Source of the DNA: Escherichia phage vB_EcoM_JE01
Direction: 5' to 3' (one strand)
Length of the DNA: 64,000 bases
Sequence record: PQ471460.1
Position numbers and translations under genes: made by a program. The notes below the pieces were generated by a model. The model was not told the origin of the DNA, made no database searches, and was given only the letters and a program-made list of their open reading frames with translations. Each line of letters opens with the position of its first letter. Within the stretch, counting starts at the first letter, position 1. Shown piece by piece: positions 8,153-18,247 of this stretch.

Positions 8153-8560
8153 ATGAAACGGTTGATAATTAAAAGATTGAATTTATTGATATGTTGTTTA
8201 TGTATAGTAGTTGCATATGGTTATTACGCAATTAATGATTATATGCACTATAAAGATTATGATGTTACTGTAGTTAATACTATTACAGGAACTCAAGGAA
8301 AGGGGTCTAGTTTATCGTTTATTGCCGTATATGAACTCAAAGACGGTTATAGATTTAGTGAATATATTTCCCCAGAGATGTATTCTTCAATAGAAAAAGG
8401 TGATAATATTACTGTAAGTTTACGTCCTTTCGACGTAAAACAGACACTGTTTGATAATATTGTTTGGTTCTTTGGGATGGTATTAGTTCAATCCGTGTGT
8501 GGCGCTTATGTAGTTTGTTCAATCATATTCTGTGTATTTAGTAAAATTGAAATTGAGTGA
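8153..8560 (+). CDS. predicted membrane protein
   Basis: 135 aa with N- and C-terminal hydrophobic helices. Confidence 0.55.
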   Translation: MKRLIIKRLNLLICCLCIVVAYGYYAINDYMHYKDYDVTVVNTITGTQGKGSSLSFIAVYELKDGYRFSEYISPEMYSSIEKGDNITVSLRPFDVKQTLFDNIVWFFGMVLVQSVCGAYVVCSIIFCVFSKIEIE

Positions 8561-8567
8561 GGAAAAT

Positions 8568-9458
8568 ATGTCAGTAGTAATTAATAATGTCAATGCAGTA
8601 ATTAAATCTTTAGTTAATAAAAAAATGATGAATGAATGGACTGTACTTCGTCGTGGAGAGCCAGATAAATTTTTTCATAGATTTAACCCAACTTTGGATT
8701 TGAATGTTATTGATAAAGATGTTCATGCCGAAATTTTAGATAAGTTTAAAGTTGATATTGGATTTGGATTAGAAAAACATTTACAGCGAACAAATGGATC
8801 TGGAATGAGTTTATCTAATCGCATTATGAAAGCCCTTAATAAAATTGGAGCATTGTCTCGTATTAACGCGAGTGAAATCCTTCGTAATTATAATAAAGGA
8901 TATGACCTTTATGGTCGACTAATGCCGAAGTTATCATTTGACCAAATGATAGCAGATTTGTGGGAAAATCAACGACGATTATTAGCATTAGGCGCTCGAT
9001 TAGCTAAAGGTCTAGATAAACAAATGATTTTTAAGACCAATAATACAGAAGACCTTAAATGCTTTAAATTTAGTATTCGCGGAGATGATTATTATATCAG
9101 AGCTCGCTCTACAGATTATGTTAATATGGGGCATCATCTCTGTTTAGCTTTTGAAGTTTTAAAAGAAGCTGGAACATTAGAATATTCATCTGGTGCAAAA
9201 TGCCCTATCGGTTCAAGTTGTATTTTAATTTATCGCCCGAATGAATCCAGTTCAACTACATTGCCTATGAAACCTGCGCCAGTTCGTAGTAACGAAAAAC
9301 ATTCTGAACAAATTGATTATTTTAATAAACAGATTGAAGAGCTGAATATTTCTATTCAACAATATGACGATGAAATTTTCAGACTATCTGGATTGAGTAG
9401 TAAAGCTAAATCTGAGCGTGAAAAGTTAATTAAAATCGTTGATTTACTTAAATCTTAA
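8568..9458 (+). CDS. hypothetical protein, member 1 of a four-gene tandem array
   Basis: 296 aa; SD GAGGAAA; C-terminal K/E-rich heptad-like helix. Confidence 0.6.
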   Translation: MSVVINNVNAVIKSLVNKKMMNEWTVLRRGEPDKFFHRFNPTLDLNVIDKDVHAEILDKFKVDIGFGLEKHLQRTNGSGMSLSNRIMKALNKIGALSRINASEILRNYNKGYDLYGRLMPKLSFDQMIADLWENQRRLLALGARLAKGLDKQMIFKTNNTEDLKCFKFSIRGDDYYIRARSTDYVNMGHHLCLAFEVLKEAGTLEYSSGAKCPIGSSCILIYRPNESSSTTLPMKPAPVRSNEKHSEQIDYFNKQIEELNISIQQYDDEIFRLSGLSSKAKSEREKLIKIVDLLKS

Positions 9459-9466
9459 GGAATACC

Positions 9467-10495
9467 ATGAAAACTCGTTCTCAAATTGAAGATATGGTTC
9501 GTAATGCCAGTTATACTCGTGATGTTATGACATTTTTGTGTGAAAATAATTTAGACCCTGATAAAGTTAATCGTGTTATTCATCACTTTAAGTATACGAA
9601 TAGCAGTGAATGGGTGCGTAATTTTAGTAAAGCGGGATATATTACACAAATGACTGCTCGTGAGCAGCTCACCGATTTCTGTAAAACTATTGATTATAAA
9701 AATCCTTTATTTGTTCAAGGCGTTGGTCAAAGTAAGGTCGATTTATCATCTGGATTTTTCAATCCAAATCATTATCGTATTGAATGGAGATTTATTGCTC
9801 TGTTCCGTAGACAATTAAAGCAAATTTTATCAACTGCGAGTCGATTAAAAGGTTCTGATATTAACTTAAAGAACTTGAAATTTGATGGTTATACTCTTCA
9901 GATGGAAGTAAGACCATTAAAAGAAAATAACAGAACTGCACGAATTAGCTTTAAACCTAATACAAAAAATTCTCTTTCAATTTGCGAATGCCTTAAATCA
10001 CAGTTGACAGAAGCATTTAAGTATATGGATGTTGTTGCCGCTGTTCAGTCTAAGATTTTACCTCGTTTTGAGCGAAATTGGGAACATACAACAACGTATG
10101 AACTTGATATGATCGTTTCATTTAAATACGATTTTTTGAGAAAGGACGAAGTCACGCAAGAGAAAAAGCAGGAAGTGCAAGATAACTTAAATTTAAATTT
10201 ATCCAATTACTCATCAAACGATCCTAAATTTTGGATGTATAGCTCAAGCAATATAGATGCATGTAAACTTAATAAAGTGAGTTTTCTTCCTACTGAAAAT
10301 TCAAATTTTAAACCTGTAGAAAAATGGCACGCTGACGCGATTGAGAAGTCTCTTAAGGCAGTAGATGATGAACTCGTTAAAGCGACCAATGAAGTGCTAG
10401 AAGCTGAAAAGGTGTTAGAACAAGCTCAGTCAAGGGTTCAAAATCTGACAAAGCAACGTTCTAAACTGAACAATGCACTAAATGCACTGAACTAG
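9467..10495 (+). CDS. hypothetical protein, array member 2
   Basis: 342 aa; starts MKTR as member 4 does; C-terminal coiled-coil-like segment. Confidence 0.65.
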   Translation: MKTRSQIEDMVRNASYTRDVMTFLCENNLDPDKVNRVIHHFKYTNSSEWVRNFSKAGYITQMTAREQLTDFCKTIDYKNPLFVQGVGQSKVDLSSGFFNPNHYRIEWRFIALFRRQLKQILSTASRLKGSDINLKNLKFDGYTLQMEVRPLKENNRTARISFKPNTKNSLSICECLKSQLTEAFKYMDVVAAVQSKILPRFERNWEHTTTYELDMIVSFKYDFLRKDEVTQEKKQEVQDNLNLNLSNYSSNDPKFWMYSSSNIDACKLNKVSFLPTENSNFKPVEKWHADAIEKSLKAVDDELVKATNEVLEAEKVLEQAQSRVQNLTKQRSKLNNALNALN

Positions 10496-10524
10496 TTTAC
10501 TTTGCCACAAGGATGTGGTATAAT
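10495..10524 (+). promoter_or_regulatory. T4-type early promoter
   Basis: GTTTAC, 18 nt, TGGTATAAT; module ccacaaggatgtggtataat repeated at 55750. Confidence 0.6.
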
Positions 10525-10552
10525 GTTCTTACTTTCTACTGAGGAGATTAAT

Positions 10553-11554
10553 ATGACTCGTAACGAATATATCAAATCATTCAATAGTGTTATTGATGAT
10601 AAAGCTATACCGATGTTTGGTCAAAATAGCGTTATTTCTATTATCAATCAATGGCTCAATAGTGTTGATGCAAGTATTGTTTCTTCTGCTAAATTTATTC
10701 ATGAAATTCGTAAAATTTCTAGCCGTGTAGATAAAGATGTTATCAAGAAAACCTTTAAAGAGTCTCGTCTTCTTTCATATTTGGTTAATCGAGATATTCT
10801 TGGTAATTTTGGGAAAGAAATTAAACGAACCAAAGATGTAGTAGGATATAATTGGTTCGGTGATGTTAATTCTTATCATCTTAATAATAAAGAAGACCCT
10901 GAGAATATTTTTACTCGTCGTTGGATTAGTAATTTCAGACTTTTCAAAAAGCAAATTCTAAAATCAGCTTCTAAATTATGCTATGGCGATTATCGTCAAA
11001 TTCATCCTTGGGCTTCTGATATGATTATCATAAAAGAATATGAGCTTGATAAAAATAAAGCAGCTATTTTTGTGAATTATGAATTTTTTACACCAGACGC
11101 TAACCAAAAGAATATTAATAAATTTTTCTCAATTGCTAGCACTATAACTCGTCAATTAGAAACCGCATTACTTTGTATGGAAACAGTAGAAAATATTCAT
11201 ACTTATCCTTTTAAGAATGTGTGCGGTTGGGAAGGATACAAAATTGTAGTTAGTCTTCGTGAAGTAAAGTGTGCTTATTCACTAACTGATAAAGAAATTT
11301 ACCAACAAAAATGCGAAGAAATTGTGAATACTCCTAAAGAAGAAACTACCCTTGAGGAACTAATGGATAATCTTGATGATTCACCTGAATCGGTAGAAAT
11401 TCGTCCAGAAGTTATTGCATTAGAAAAAGCTTATAAAGAAGCTCTAGAAATTTCTAATAAAGCGCAGAAAGAATATGAGCAGGCTAAAAGGATTTGGGAA
11501 GAATCTGTTAATCGCCTGGATCGTCTTGAACAAGCTTTACAGTTAATTAAGTAA
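10553..11554 (+). CDS. hypothetical protein, array member 3
   Basis: 333 aa; SD GAGGAG; C-terminal coiled-coil-like segment. Confidence 0.65.
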   Translation: MTRNEYIKSFNSVIDDKAIPMFGQNSVISIINQWLNSVDASIVSSAKFIHEIRKISSRVDKDVIKKTFKESRLLSYLVNRDILGNFGKEIKRTKDVVGYNWFGDVNSYHLNNKEDPENIFTRRWISNFRLFKKQILKSASKLCYGDYRQIHPWASDMIIIKEYELDKNKAAIFVNYEFFTPDANQKNINKFFSIASTITRQLETALLCMETVENIHTYPFKNVCGWEGYKIVVSLREVKCAYSLTDKEIYQQKCEEIVNTPKEETTLEELMDNLDDSPESVEIRPEVIALEKAYKEALEISNKAQKEYEQAKRIWEESVNRLDRLEQALQLIK

Positions 11555-11606
11555 TTTAAAGCCAAGGATGGCTCGGAGTATAAATCATTAACTAAGTGAG
11601 AAGAAC

Positions 11607-12536
11607 ATGAAAACTCGTAAACATTATATTGATTATTTTGACAGTCTTATTACTAAACATCGTAATTATCAGATCGGGCACAGAGCAGTAATCAATAATA
11701 TTCTTCGTGATTTCCTTCAATATGTTGGCCAGGAAAATCATATCTGTAAAGATACTCAAAACGCTTATTCTCATTCGTTAGGCAATTTGCTTCAATGGTT
11801 TAAACGTTCTCGTCTGTTATCTTCTACTGTAGCTAGTGATAACATTAAAAACTTTATGAAGCCGAGCTTCATTAAATCTGCGACATCTATAACCGATTTG
11901 GTTGAATTTACTATTGTTAACGATGTTAAAAAGACCCATTTGGCTGATTGGTTATCTACCATTCCTGAAACTAAATTTGCTGATAAATTCGCTTGTCAAT
12001 TCAATGACCAAGTGAATATGCTTTTTAAGCATGCTCGTAAACTATTTACTGCAGGTGATGACCGTACAAATACAGTTCATGTTAAGGACTGGGTTATTGC
12101 TGATGAAGTAACACACAAGCCAGGTGGTTCATCAGTATTAATTAATATCCAGGTTCCTTATTATTACTCACGTAATCTCGGCACCATGACAGCTAGAGAA
12201 ATTAATAAGCACAACAAAACTATTCGTTCGTTGTCTTATAAACTCTGCACGATGGTGGAGATGATGGACGTAGTTGAAATGTATGACGAAACCGAAGATA
12301 ATGGTTCAATGCTGTACAGTTCACGCATTCTAATTAAACTGAAGAACCCTAATACATATAAGCCAGTTGTAAAAGAACCTAAAGTAGAAAAGATTGATAA
12401 CCTGAGTGAAGAACGCGAATATCTTAATACACGTTTAATTGAAGTTGAAAAACAGATTGAAGAGCATACTAAAGTTCTTAAGGCTTTAACCGCCAAAGCA
12501 AATGGTTTACGTAATGCTATTGAGGTATTGAAATGA
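11607..12536 (+). CDS. hypothetical protein, array member 4
   Basis: 309 aa; starts MKTRKHY; C-terminal coiled-coil-like segment. Confidence 0.65.
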   Translation: MKTRKHYIDYFDSLITKHRNYQIGHRAVINNILRDFLQYVGQENHICKDTQNAYSHSLGNLLQWFKRSRLLSSTVASDNIKNFMKPSFIKSATSITDLVEFTIVNDVKKTHLADWLSTIPETKFADKFACQFNDQVNMLFKHARKLFTAGDDRTNTVHVKDWVIADEVTHKPGGSSVLINIQVPYYYSRNLGTMTAREINKHNKTIRSLSYKLCTMVEMMDVVEMYDETEDNGSMLYSSRILIKLKNPNTYKPVVKEPKVEKIDNLSEEREYLNTRLIEVEKQIEEHTKVLKALTAKANGLRNAIEVLK

Positions 12537-12850
12537 AAAAGCGCTTATTAGAAGATATTGCAGCTTCAAGTAATTCCAGTCTAATTAAAATTATTATGGC
12601 TGGTGAAGAAGACGATTTAGAAATGCGTGGAAAGATTCATGGCTGTGACGATCTAGACTTTAAACCTCCTGCTTGGGATGCCATTATGGTTATGGTTGAA
12701 CGCCGCGAAAGGGCTTCTAAGAATGTTCCGAACTGCCCAAAATGTGGTACTGAACAGGTCCAATTGATTAACTGGCGTAAACCAGAGCTTGAATATAAAT
12801 GTCGTCATTGCAAACACCGATTTAACCGAGAAGAAAATGACCAAGCGTAA
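12533..12850 (+). CDS. zinc-ribbon protein
   Basis: 105 aa; CPKCG-x19-CRHC four-cysteine motif near C-terminus. Confidence 0.6.
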
Positions 12851-13079
12851 AGAATATATGGAGACTGCTGAAAAGGCAGTCCGTGAATTAGCAATAGCTT
12901 ATTATAATGAACATGGTAAATTTCCTGATAGATACAGCGTGCTTAAATCTGCTTTAACCCGTTCATATAAAAATATGCTATCAGAAGTAAGTGATATTAT
13001 ATACAAACATAAAGAACAAACGGGCCAAAGTCTTGATTACGACGAGACTTTTAAACAAGTACTAGGAATTAAGGAATAA
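12837..13079 (+). CDS. hypothetical protein
   Basis: 80-aa ORF; start uncertain, overlaps upstream gene end. Confidence 0.4.
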
Positions 13080-13080
13080 T

Positions 13081-13344
13081 ATGTTTAAAGTATATGGTTA
13101 TGATAGCAATATCCATAAATGTGTATATTGTGATAATGCAAAACGTCTTTTGACTGTGAAGAAACAGCCGTTTGAATTTATCAACATTATGCCGGAAAAA
13201 GGTGTTTTTGATGATGAGAAAATCGCTGAGCTTCTGACTAAACTGGGTCGTGATACTCAAATCGGATTGACGATGCCTCAGGTATTTGCTCCTGACGGAA
13301 GTCATATTGGTGGATTTGACCAATTGCGGGAATACTTTAAATGA
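13081..13344 (+). CDS. nrdC: thioredoxin (glutaredoxin-like) NrdC
   Basis: 87 aa; MFKVYGYDSNIHKCVYCDNAKRLL... with CVYC redox motif; matches recalled T4 NrdC. Confidence 0.9.
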   Translation: MFKVYGYDSNIHKCVYCDNAKRLLTVKKQPFEFINIMPEKGVFDDEKIAELLTKLGRDTQIGLTMPQVFAPDGSHIGGFDQLREYFK

Positions 13345-13556
13345 TGCTTGAAGGAACTGATTATATCCATGACTACCGCGGAAGCGCGGTATATGTGGGT
13401 GATGAGGTTGCAGTTTATTATGGGTATGGAACTTTGATGACAGCAAAGGTTATTCAAATTAAAAATAATCGTGCTAAACTCGAAGTTTATTATTCTAATG
13501 GTGAAAAGTCTATTTCTAAATGGAAATACGGCGATTGCATGGTCAAACTGGGGTAA
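13341..13556 (+). CDS. hypothetical protein
   Basis: 71-aa ORF, ATGA overlap with nrdC. Confidence 0.5.
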   Translation: MMLEGTDYIHDYRGSAVYVGDEVAVYYGYGTLMTAKVIQIKNNRAKLEVYYSNGEKSISKWKYGDCMVKLG

Positions 13557-13558
13557 AT

Positions 13559-13729
13559 ATGATTTACGATATTAGTGTATCAAGAACTCCGTCAATGGTT
13601 ACTATTCCAGCTGAAGAATTAGATCGTCTTCAGAAAATTGAAGAGCTTCTTTGGGAAATTGAATCTGATTTGCCATCAGGATTAGAATCCTGGATTGATT
13701 ATGAAGAACTTAATAAATTGCGAAATTAA
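13559..13729 (+). CDS. hypothetical small protein
   Basis: 56-aa ORF. Confidence 0.4.
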   Translation: MIYDISVSRTPSMVTIPAEELDRLQKIEELLWEIESDLPSGLESWIDYEELNKLRN

Positions 13730-13739
13730 TTGGTGAAAA

Positions 13740-14060
13740 ATGAATATTGAAAATAAATTAGATGTTGATGCAGTTCTGAGTGAAATCATCGAAGACCATG
13801 ATGCATTTTCAGAAAATTATGATTTCGATTTTTCGGATTATCTTAAACCTATCGAAATAGAAGACTGGGTGCAAGACGGTAAATGTCAATATCGTCAGTG
13901 TGTTTATTTTAGTCCAAAACATAACGTACATGTTTCCGTAAATGAATGCCGTTCAGGTTCTTACCATTCTGACTGGTATTATGCAGTTCCGACTGTTGAA
14001 CTAGTCGAGCCCCGTGAACGTGTAGTAACTCAAACAATACGAGAATGGATTACGCTATAA
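13740..14060 (+). CDS. hypothetical protein
   Basis: 106-aa ORF. Confidence 0.55.
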   Translation: MNIENKLDVDAVLSEIIEDHDAFSENYDFDFSDYLKPIEIEDWVQDGKCQYRQCVYFSPKHNVHVSVNECRSGSYHSDWYYAVPTVELVEPRERVVTQTIREWITL

Positions 14061-14183
14061 AACCTTGGTGGGCGGCTAGATGGGAAACAGTAGAGCCAGA
14101 GCCGGAAGAACCGGTTTACACTGATGAAGAAACAGTATATAATGAACCTACAATAAATGACATAATTGATATGGAGATGGGAC

Positions 14184-14630
14184 ATGATTACAGTAGATAA
14201 GTGGTTTAGAATTAATCGTGCTGATAAAGGGCTATGTAATTATTGGCCAGAACTTAGTGCAGGTACTGTCTTTAAAGTTCGTGAACTCGCAAAAGAATGC
14301 GAAGATGATATAGAACCTGATACTGGAATTATTGAAATTGAACTTTCTGATGGAAAGATTATTAACATCTACGATAAGCCAATTACGTATTGGTGCTTGT
14401 GGAATACTGAATCAGTAGAAAATGGCGAAATTGAAGAAGTTGTAGAACGAGTTGATCAAGCTATTCATAAACCTAAAGCCGCTTTTCAAGGTGAACGCAT
14501 TTCATATGCATTAGCTAAATTAGCTGCGCAAGAAAACAACGATGGTTATGAAGGAAATTTGATGCAAGCTGCGGCAGAATATATTGAATGGCTTGAAACT
14601 CAAATTTCTTTTTCTGACCGAGCATTTTAA
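14184..14630 (+). CDS. hypothetical protein (position of pin/49.x genes)
   Basis: 148-aa ORF; SD GGAGATGGG before ATG. Confidence 0.5.
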   Translation: MITVDKWFRINRADKGLCNYWPELSAGTVFKVRELAKECEDDIEPDTGIIEIELSDGKIINIYDKPITYWCLWNTESVENGEIEEVVERVDQAIHKPKAAFQGERISYALAKLAAQENNDGYEGNLMQAAAEYIEWLETQISFSDRAF

Positions 14631-14806
14631 TGAAAACTGAATTGATTTATACTGAAAAGTTAAATGGTGGTAAGGTTTGGAAACTTTTTATTAAAGGAAA
14701 TTCTACAGACCCTAATATGACCACTTGTGTAGGAACTTATTCTCGTCCTACTAAAAAGATGATTCGACAATATAAGCGATTGCATCGAATGTTTTACAAT
14801 ACTTGA
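14630..14806 (+). CDS. hypothetical small protein
   Basis: 58-aa ORF; TAATG overlap with upstream stop. Confidence 0.4.
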   Translation: MKTELIYTEKLNGGKVWKLFIKGNSTDPNMTTCVGTYSRPTKKMIRQYKRLHRMFYNT

Positions 14807-14817
14807 AAATAATAAAT

Positions 14818-14842
14818 ACCCTTATCTATTCAAGGTAAGGGT
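14818..14842 (+). promoter_or_regulatory. hairpin sequestering the gene 49 ribosome-binding site
   Basis: 7-bp stem acccttA/Taagggt; 3' arm is the AAGGG SD; AATAAATA late-promoter-like box just upstream. Confidence 0.5.
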
Positions 14843-14848
14843 TTTATT

Positions 14849-15322
14849 ATGTTATTGACTGGCAAATTATACAAAGAAGAAAAACAAAAATTTTATAATG
14901 CACAAAACGGTAAATGCTTAATTTGCCAACGAGAACTAAATCCTGATGTTCAAGCTAATCACCTCGACCATGACCATGAATTAAATGGACCAAAAGCAGG
15001 AAAGGTACGTGGATTGCTTTGTAATCTCTGCAATGCTGCAGAAGGTCAAATGAAACACAAATTTAATCGTTCTGGCTTAAAGGGACAAGGTGTTGATTAT
15101 CTTGAATGGTTAGAAAATTTACTTACTTATTTAAAATCCGATTACACCCAAAATAATATTCACCCTAACTTTGTTGGAGATAAATCAAAGGAATTTTCCC
15201 GTTTAGGAAAAGAGGAAATGATGGCTGAGATGCTTCAAAGAGGATTTGAATATAATGAATCTGACACTAAAACACAATTAATAGCTTCATTTAAGAAGCA
15301 GCTTAGAAAGAGTTTAAAATGA
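14849..15322 (+). CDS. 49: endonuclease VII (Holliday junction resolvase)
   Basis: 157 aa; MLLTGKLYKEEKQKFYNAQNGKCLICQREL...HLDHDH...; matches recalled T4 gp49. Confidence 0.9.
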   Translation: MLLTGKLYKEEKQKFYNAQNGKCLICQRELNPDVQANHLDHDHELNGPKAGKVRGLLCNLCNAAEGQMKHKFNRSGLKGQGVDYLEWLENLLTYLKSDYTQNNIHPNFVGDKSKEFSRLGKEEMMAEMLQRGFEYNESDTKTQLIASFKKQLRKSLK

Positions 15323-17136
15323 CAATTGAAAAAGAAATTGAAGGATTGATTCATAAAACTAATAAAGACCTTTTAAACGAGAATGCTAATAAAGATTCTC
15401 GTGTTTTTCCAACTCAACGGGACCTTATGGCTGGTATTGTGTCTAAACACATTGCCAAAAATATGGTCCCGTCTTTTATTATGAAAGCGCATGAAAGCGG
15501 AATTATCCATTTCCATGATATTGATTATTCCCCTGCTCTTCCATTTACTAATTGCTGTTTAGTAGATTTAAAAGGAATGCTTGAAAACGGATTTAAGCTA
15601 GGTAATGCACAGATTGAAACCCCCAAATCAATTGGCGTTGCTACTGCAATTATGGCACAAATTACTGCACAGGTTGCTTCCCATCAATATGGCGGAACGA
15701 CCTTTGCGAATGTAGATAAAGTACTTTCTCCTTATGTTAAACGCACCTATGCAAAACATATTGAGGACGCAGAAAAATGGCAAATCGCAGATGCATTGAA
15801 TTATGCCCAATCTAAAACAGAAAAAGACGTATACGATGCATTCCAAGCTTATGAATATGAAGTAAATACTCTCTTTAGTTCAAACGGACAAACGCCTTTT
15901 GTAACAATTACATTTGGCACGGGAACTGACTGGACTGAACGAATGATTCAGAAAGCAATTCTGAAAAATCGTATTAAAGGTCTTGGTCGTGATGGGATAA
16001 CTCCTATTTTCCCTAAGCTTGTTATGTTCGTTGAAGAAGGTGTTAATCTTTACAAAGACGATCCGAACTATGATATTAAGCAACTTGCCCTAGAGTGTGC
16101 AAGTAAAAGAATGTATCCTGATATTATTTCAGTTAAGAATAATAAAGCTATCACAGGTTCATCTATTCCTGTTTCTCCAATGGGTTGCCGTAGTTTCTTG
16201 GGCGTATGGAAAGATTCGACTGGTAATGAAATTCTTGATGGACGTAATAATCTTGGCGTTGTAACATTGAATCTTCCCCGTATTGCGTTAGATTCTTATA
16301 TTGGAACACAGTTCAATGAACAGAAATTTGCCGAATTGTTCAATGAACGAATGGATTTATGTTTTGAAGCATTGATGTGTAGAATCAGTTCCTTAAAAGG
16401 AGTTAAAGCGACTGTTGCTCCTATTCTTTACCAAGAAGGTGCATTCGGGGTTCGTCTTAAACCTGATGACGATATAATTGAGTTATTTAAAAACGGTAGA
16501 AGTTCAGTGTCTTTGGGATACATTGGTATTCACGAATTGAATATTCTTGTCGGTCGTGATATTGGACAGGAAATTTTAACTAAAATGAATGCTCGTCTTA
16601 AGCAGTGGACTGAAAGAACTGGTTTTGCTTTTAGCTTGTATTCTACACCTGCTGAAAACCTTTGTTATCGCTTCTGTAAACTTGATACTGAGAAATATGG
16701 AAGTGTAAAGGATGTTACCGATAAAGGCTGGTACACTAACAGTTTCCACGTTTCGGTAGAAGAAAATATTACTCCATTTGAAAAGATTTCTCGCGAAGCC
16801 CCATATCATTTCATTGCGACAGGTGGTCACATTTCTTATGTTGAACTTCCTGATATGAAAAATAACCTAAAAGGTCTTGAGGCTGTATGGGATTATGCTG
16901 CACAACATTTAGATTATTTTGGTGTTAACATGCCAGTAGATAAATGTTTTACATGCGGAAGTACCCATGAAATGACTCCTACTGAAAACGGATTTGTTTG
17001 TTCTATTTGTGGAGAAACTGATCCTAAAAAGATGAACACAATAAGAAGAACTTGTGGTTATTTGGGAAATCCGAATGAACGCGGATTTAATCTCGGCAAA
17101 AATAAAGAAATCATGCATAGGGTTAAACACCAATGA
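15319..17136 (+). CDS. nrdD: anaerobic ribonucleoside-triphosphate reductase
   Basis: 605-aa continuous ORF; glycyl-radical C-terminus (RTCGYLG) and Cys-rich motif CFTCGS...CSICG; no intron. Confidence 0.95.
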   Translation: MTIEKEIEGLIHKTNKDLLNENANKDSRVFPTQRDLMAGIVSKHIAKNMVPSFIMKAHESGIIHFHDIDYSPALPFTNCCLVDLKGMLENGFKLGNAQIETPKSIGVATAIMAQITAQVASHQYGGTTFANVDKVLSPYVKRTYAKHIEDAEKWQIADALNYAQSKTEKDVYDAFQAYEYEVNTLFSSNGQTPFVTITFGTGTDWTERMIQKAILKNRIKGLGRDGITPIFPKLVMFVEEGVNLYKDDPNYDIKQLALECASKRMYPDIISVKNNKAITGSSIPVSPMGCRSFLGVWKDSTGNEILDGRNNLGVVTLNLPRIALDSYIGTQFNEQKFAELFNERMDLCFEALMCRISSLKGVKATVAPILYQEGAFGVRLKPDDDIIELFKNGRSSVSLGYIGIHELNILVGRDIGQEILTKMNARLKQWTERTGFAFSLYSTPAENLCYRFCKLDTEKYGSVKDVTDKGWYTNSFHVSVEENITPFEKISREAPYHFIATGGHISYVELPDMKNNLKGLEAVWDYAAQHLDYFGVNMPVDKCFTCGSTHEMTPTENGFVCSICGETDPKKMNTIRRTCGYLGNPNERGFNLGKNKEIMHRVKHQ

Positions 17137-17603
17137 ATTACGATAGATTTTATCCCTGCGATTTTGTGAATGGCCCTGGATGCAGGGTCGTTCTTTTCGT
17201 TACAGGTTGTTTGCATAAATGCGAAGGGTGTTATAATAAATCAACGTGGAATGCTAGAAATGGCGTTCCATTCACTGGTGAAACACTGGAACAATTAATT
17301 AAATGTTTGAATAATGATTATATAGAAGGATTAACTATAACTGGAGGAGACCCTCTTTATCCTGATAACCGAGATGTTGTTCATTGCATTGTTCAAACAG
17401 TAAAAAATCTTTATCCGAATAAAAGCATTTGGTTGTGGACAGGATATAAGTTTGAAGATATTAAACAACTAGAAATGCTTAAATATGTTGATGTTATTAT
17501 TGATGGGAAGTATGAGAAAAATCTTCCGACCAAAAAGCTGTGGCGAGGATCAGATAATCAGCGACTTTGGTCAAATACCGATGGGGTGTGGAAACATGAT
17601 TAA
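17133..17603 (+). CDS. nrdG: anaerobic RNR activating protein (radical SAM)
   Basis: 156 aa; Cys cluster CLHKCEGC near N-terminus; ATGA overlap with nrdD. Confidence 0.9.
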   Translation: MNYDRFYPCDFVNGPGCRVVLFVTGCLHKCEGCYNKSTWNARNGVPFTGETLEQLIKCLNNDYIEGLTITGGDPLYPDNRDVVHCIVQTVKNLYPNKSIWLWTGYKFEDIKQLEMLKYVDVIIDGKYEKNLPTKKLWRGSDNQRLWSNTDGVWKHD

Positions 17604-17709
17604 ATTGAATTATATTATAGACACTATAAATGATATGATTTTTCATTTTGGTCCAGAATTTTATTCGCAGTATAGTTTAGTACTTATCAATGCTTGGTTA
17701 ATCAATTAA
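17596..17709 (+). CDS. hypothetical small protein (37 aa)
   Basis: Short ORF starting at the nrdG stop; low confidence. Confidence 0.3.
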   Translation: MIKLNYIIDTINDMIFHFGPEFYSQYSLVLINAWLIN

Positions 17710-17717
17710 GGGTAAAT

Positions 17718-17933
17718 ATGTATAAATTTCGTAAAGGTTTAGCTGATTTTCTTACAACTGTAACATTCTTTTTGTTTATGGCAGTTGGAGCTATTTTTCT
17801 TATTCCTTTTATTGCTATATTTTTCGTGATTAGCTTAATTTCTCCAGAAAAAGGACTATCTTCTAGCGAGTTCAATGAGCGTCTGGATAAAATTACTAAC
17901 AAACTGAATGCTGTTCTTGATAAAAAGGCTTAA
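17718..17933 (+). CDS. small membrane protein
   Basis: 71 aa with one long hydrophobic helix. Confidence 0.45.
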   Translation: MYKFRKGLADFLTTVTFFLFMAVGAIFLIPFIAIFFVISLISPEKGLSSSEFNERLDKITNKLNAVLDKKA

Positions 17934-17935
17934 TT

Positions 17936-18247
17936 ATGATTAGTTTTGAGCGGTATGTGGTAGAGAGTTGGAAGGGTTTTGATATGTTCGGTAATGACTA
18001 TTATTTCTATGAATGTAGTCTAAATCCTAGTTTTTGGGCTGGACGAGAACGAGAACTTGAAGAAATTAATAACCGCGCTGAATTGTTAGGTGAATTACCT
18101 ACGGTTTATTTTACCTTTGATGCATCTGGATTTGTTATCCAGGTTTATTTTCCTGAAGAAAATTCTGGCGATGATTCTGTTAACCCGCCATACTGGGCTT
18201 ATCAAGGAATTATTTCTCGTGGAACAAAACTCGAACTTAAAGAATAA
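17936..18247 (+). CDS. hypothetical protein
   Basis: 103-aa ORF. Confidence 0.5.
   Translation: MISFERYVVESWKGFDMFGNDYYFYECSLNPSFWAGRERELEEINNRAELLGELPTVYFTFDASGFVIQVYFPEENSGDDSVNPPYWAYQGIISRGTKLELKE

Noticed and set aside
13069-13446. 125-aa minus-strand ORF overlapping nrdC
   Set aside because: Antisense to the conserved thioredoxin gene with no independent signal; treated as spurious.
14045-14200. 51-aa acidic + strand ORF overlapping the ends of two neighbouring genes in another frame
   Set aside because: Possible real small gene, but it overlaps both flanking ORFs and has no clear RBS; left unannotated.
15319-17136. Group I intron with homing endonuclease inside nrdD
   Set aside because: The nrdD ORF is continuous at full length, so no intron is present.
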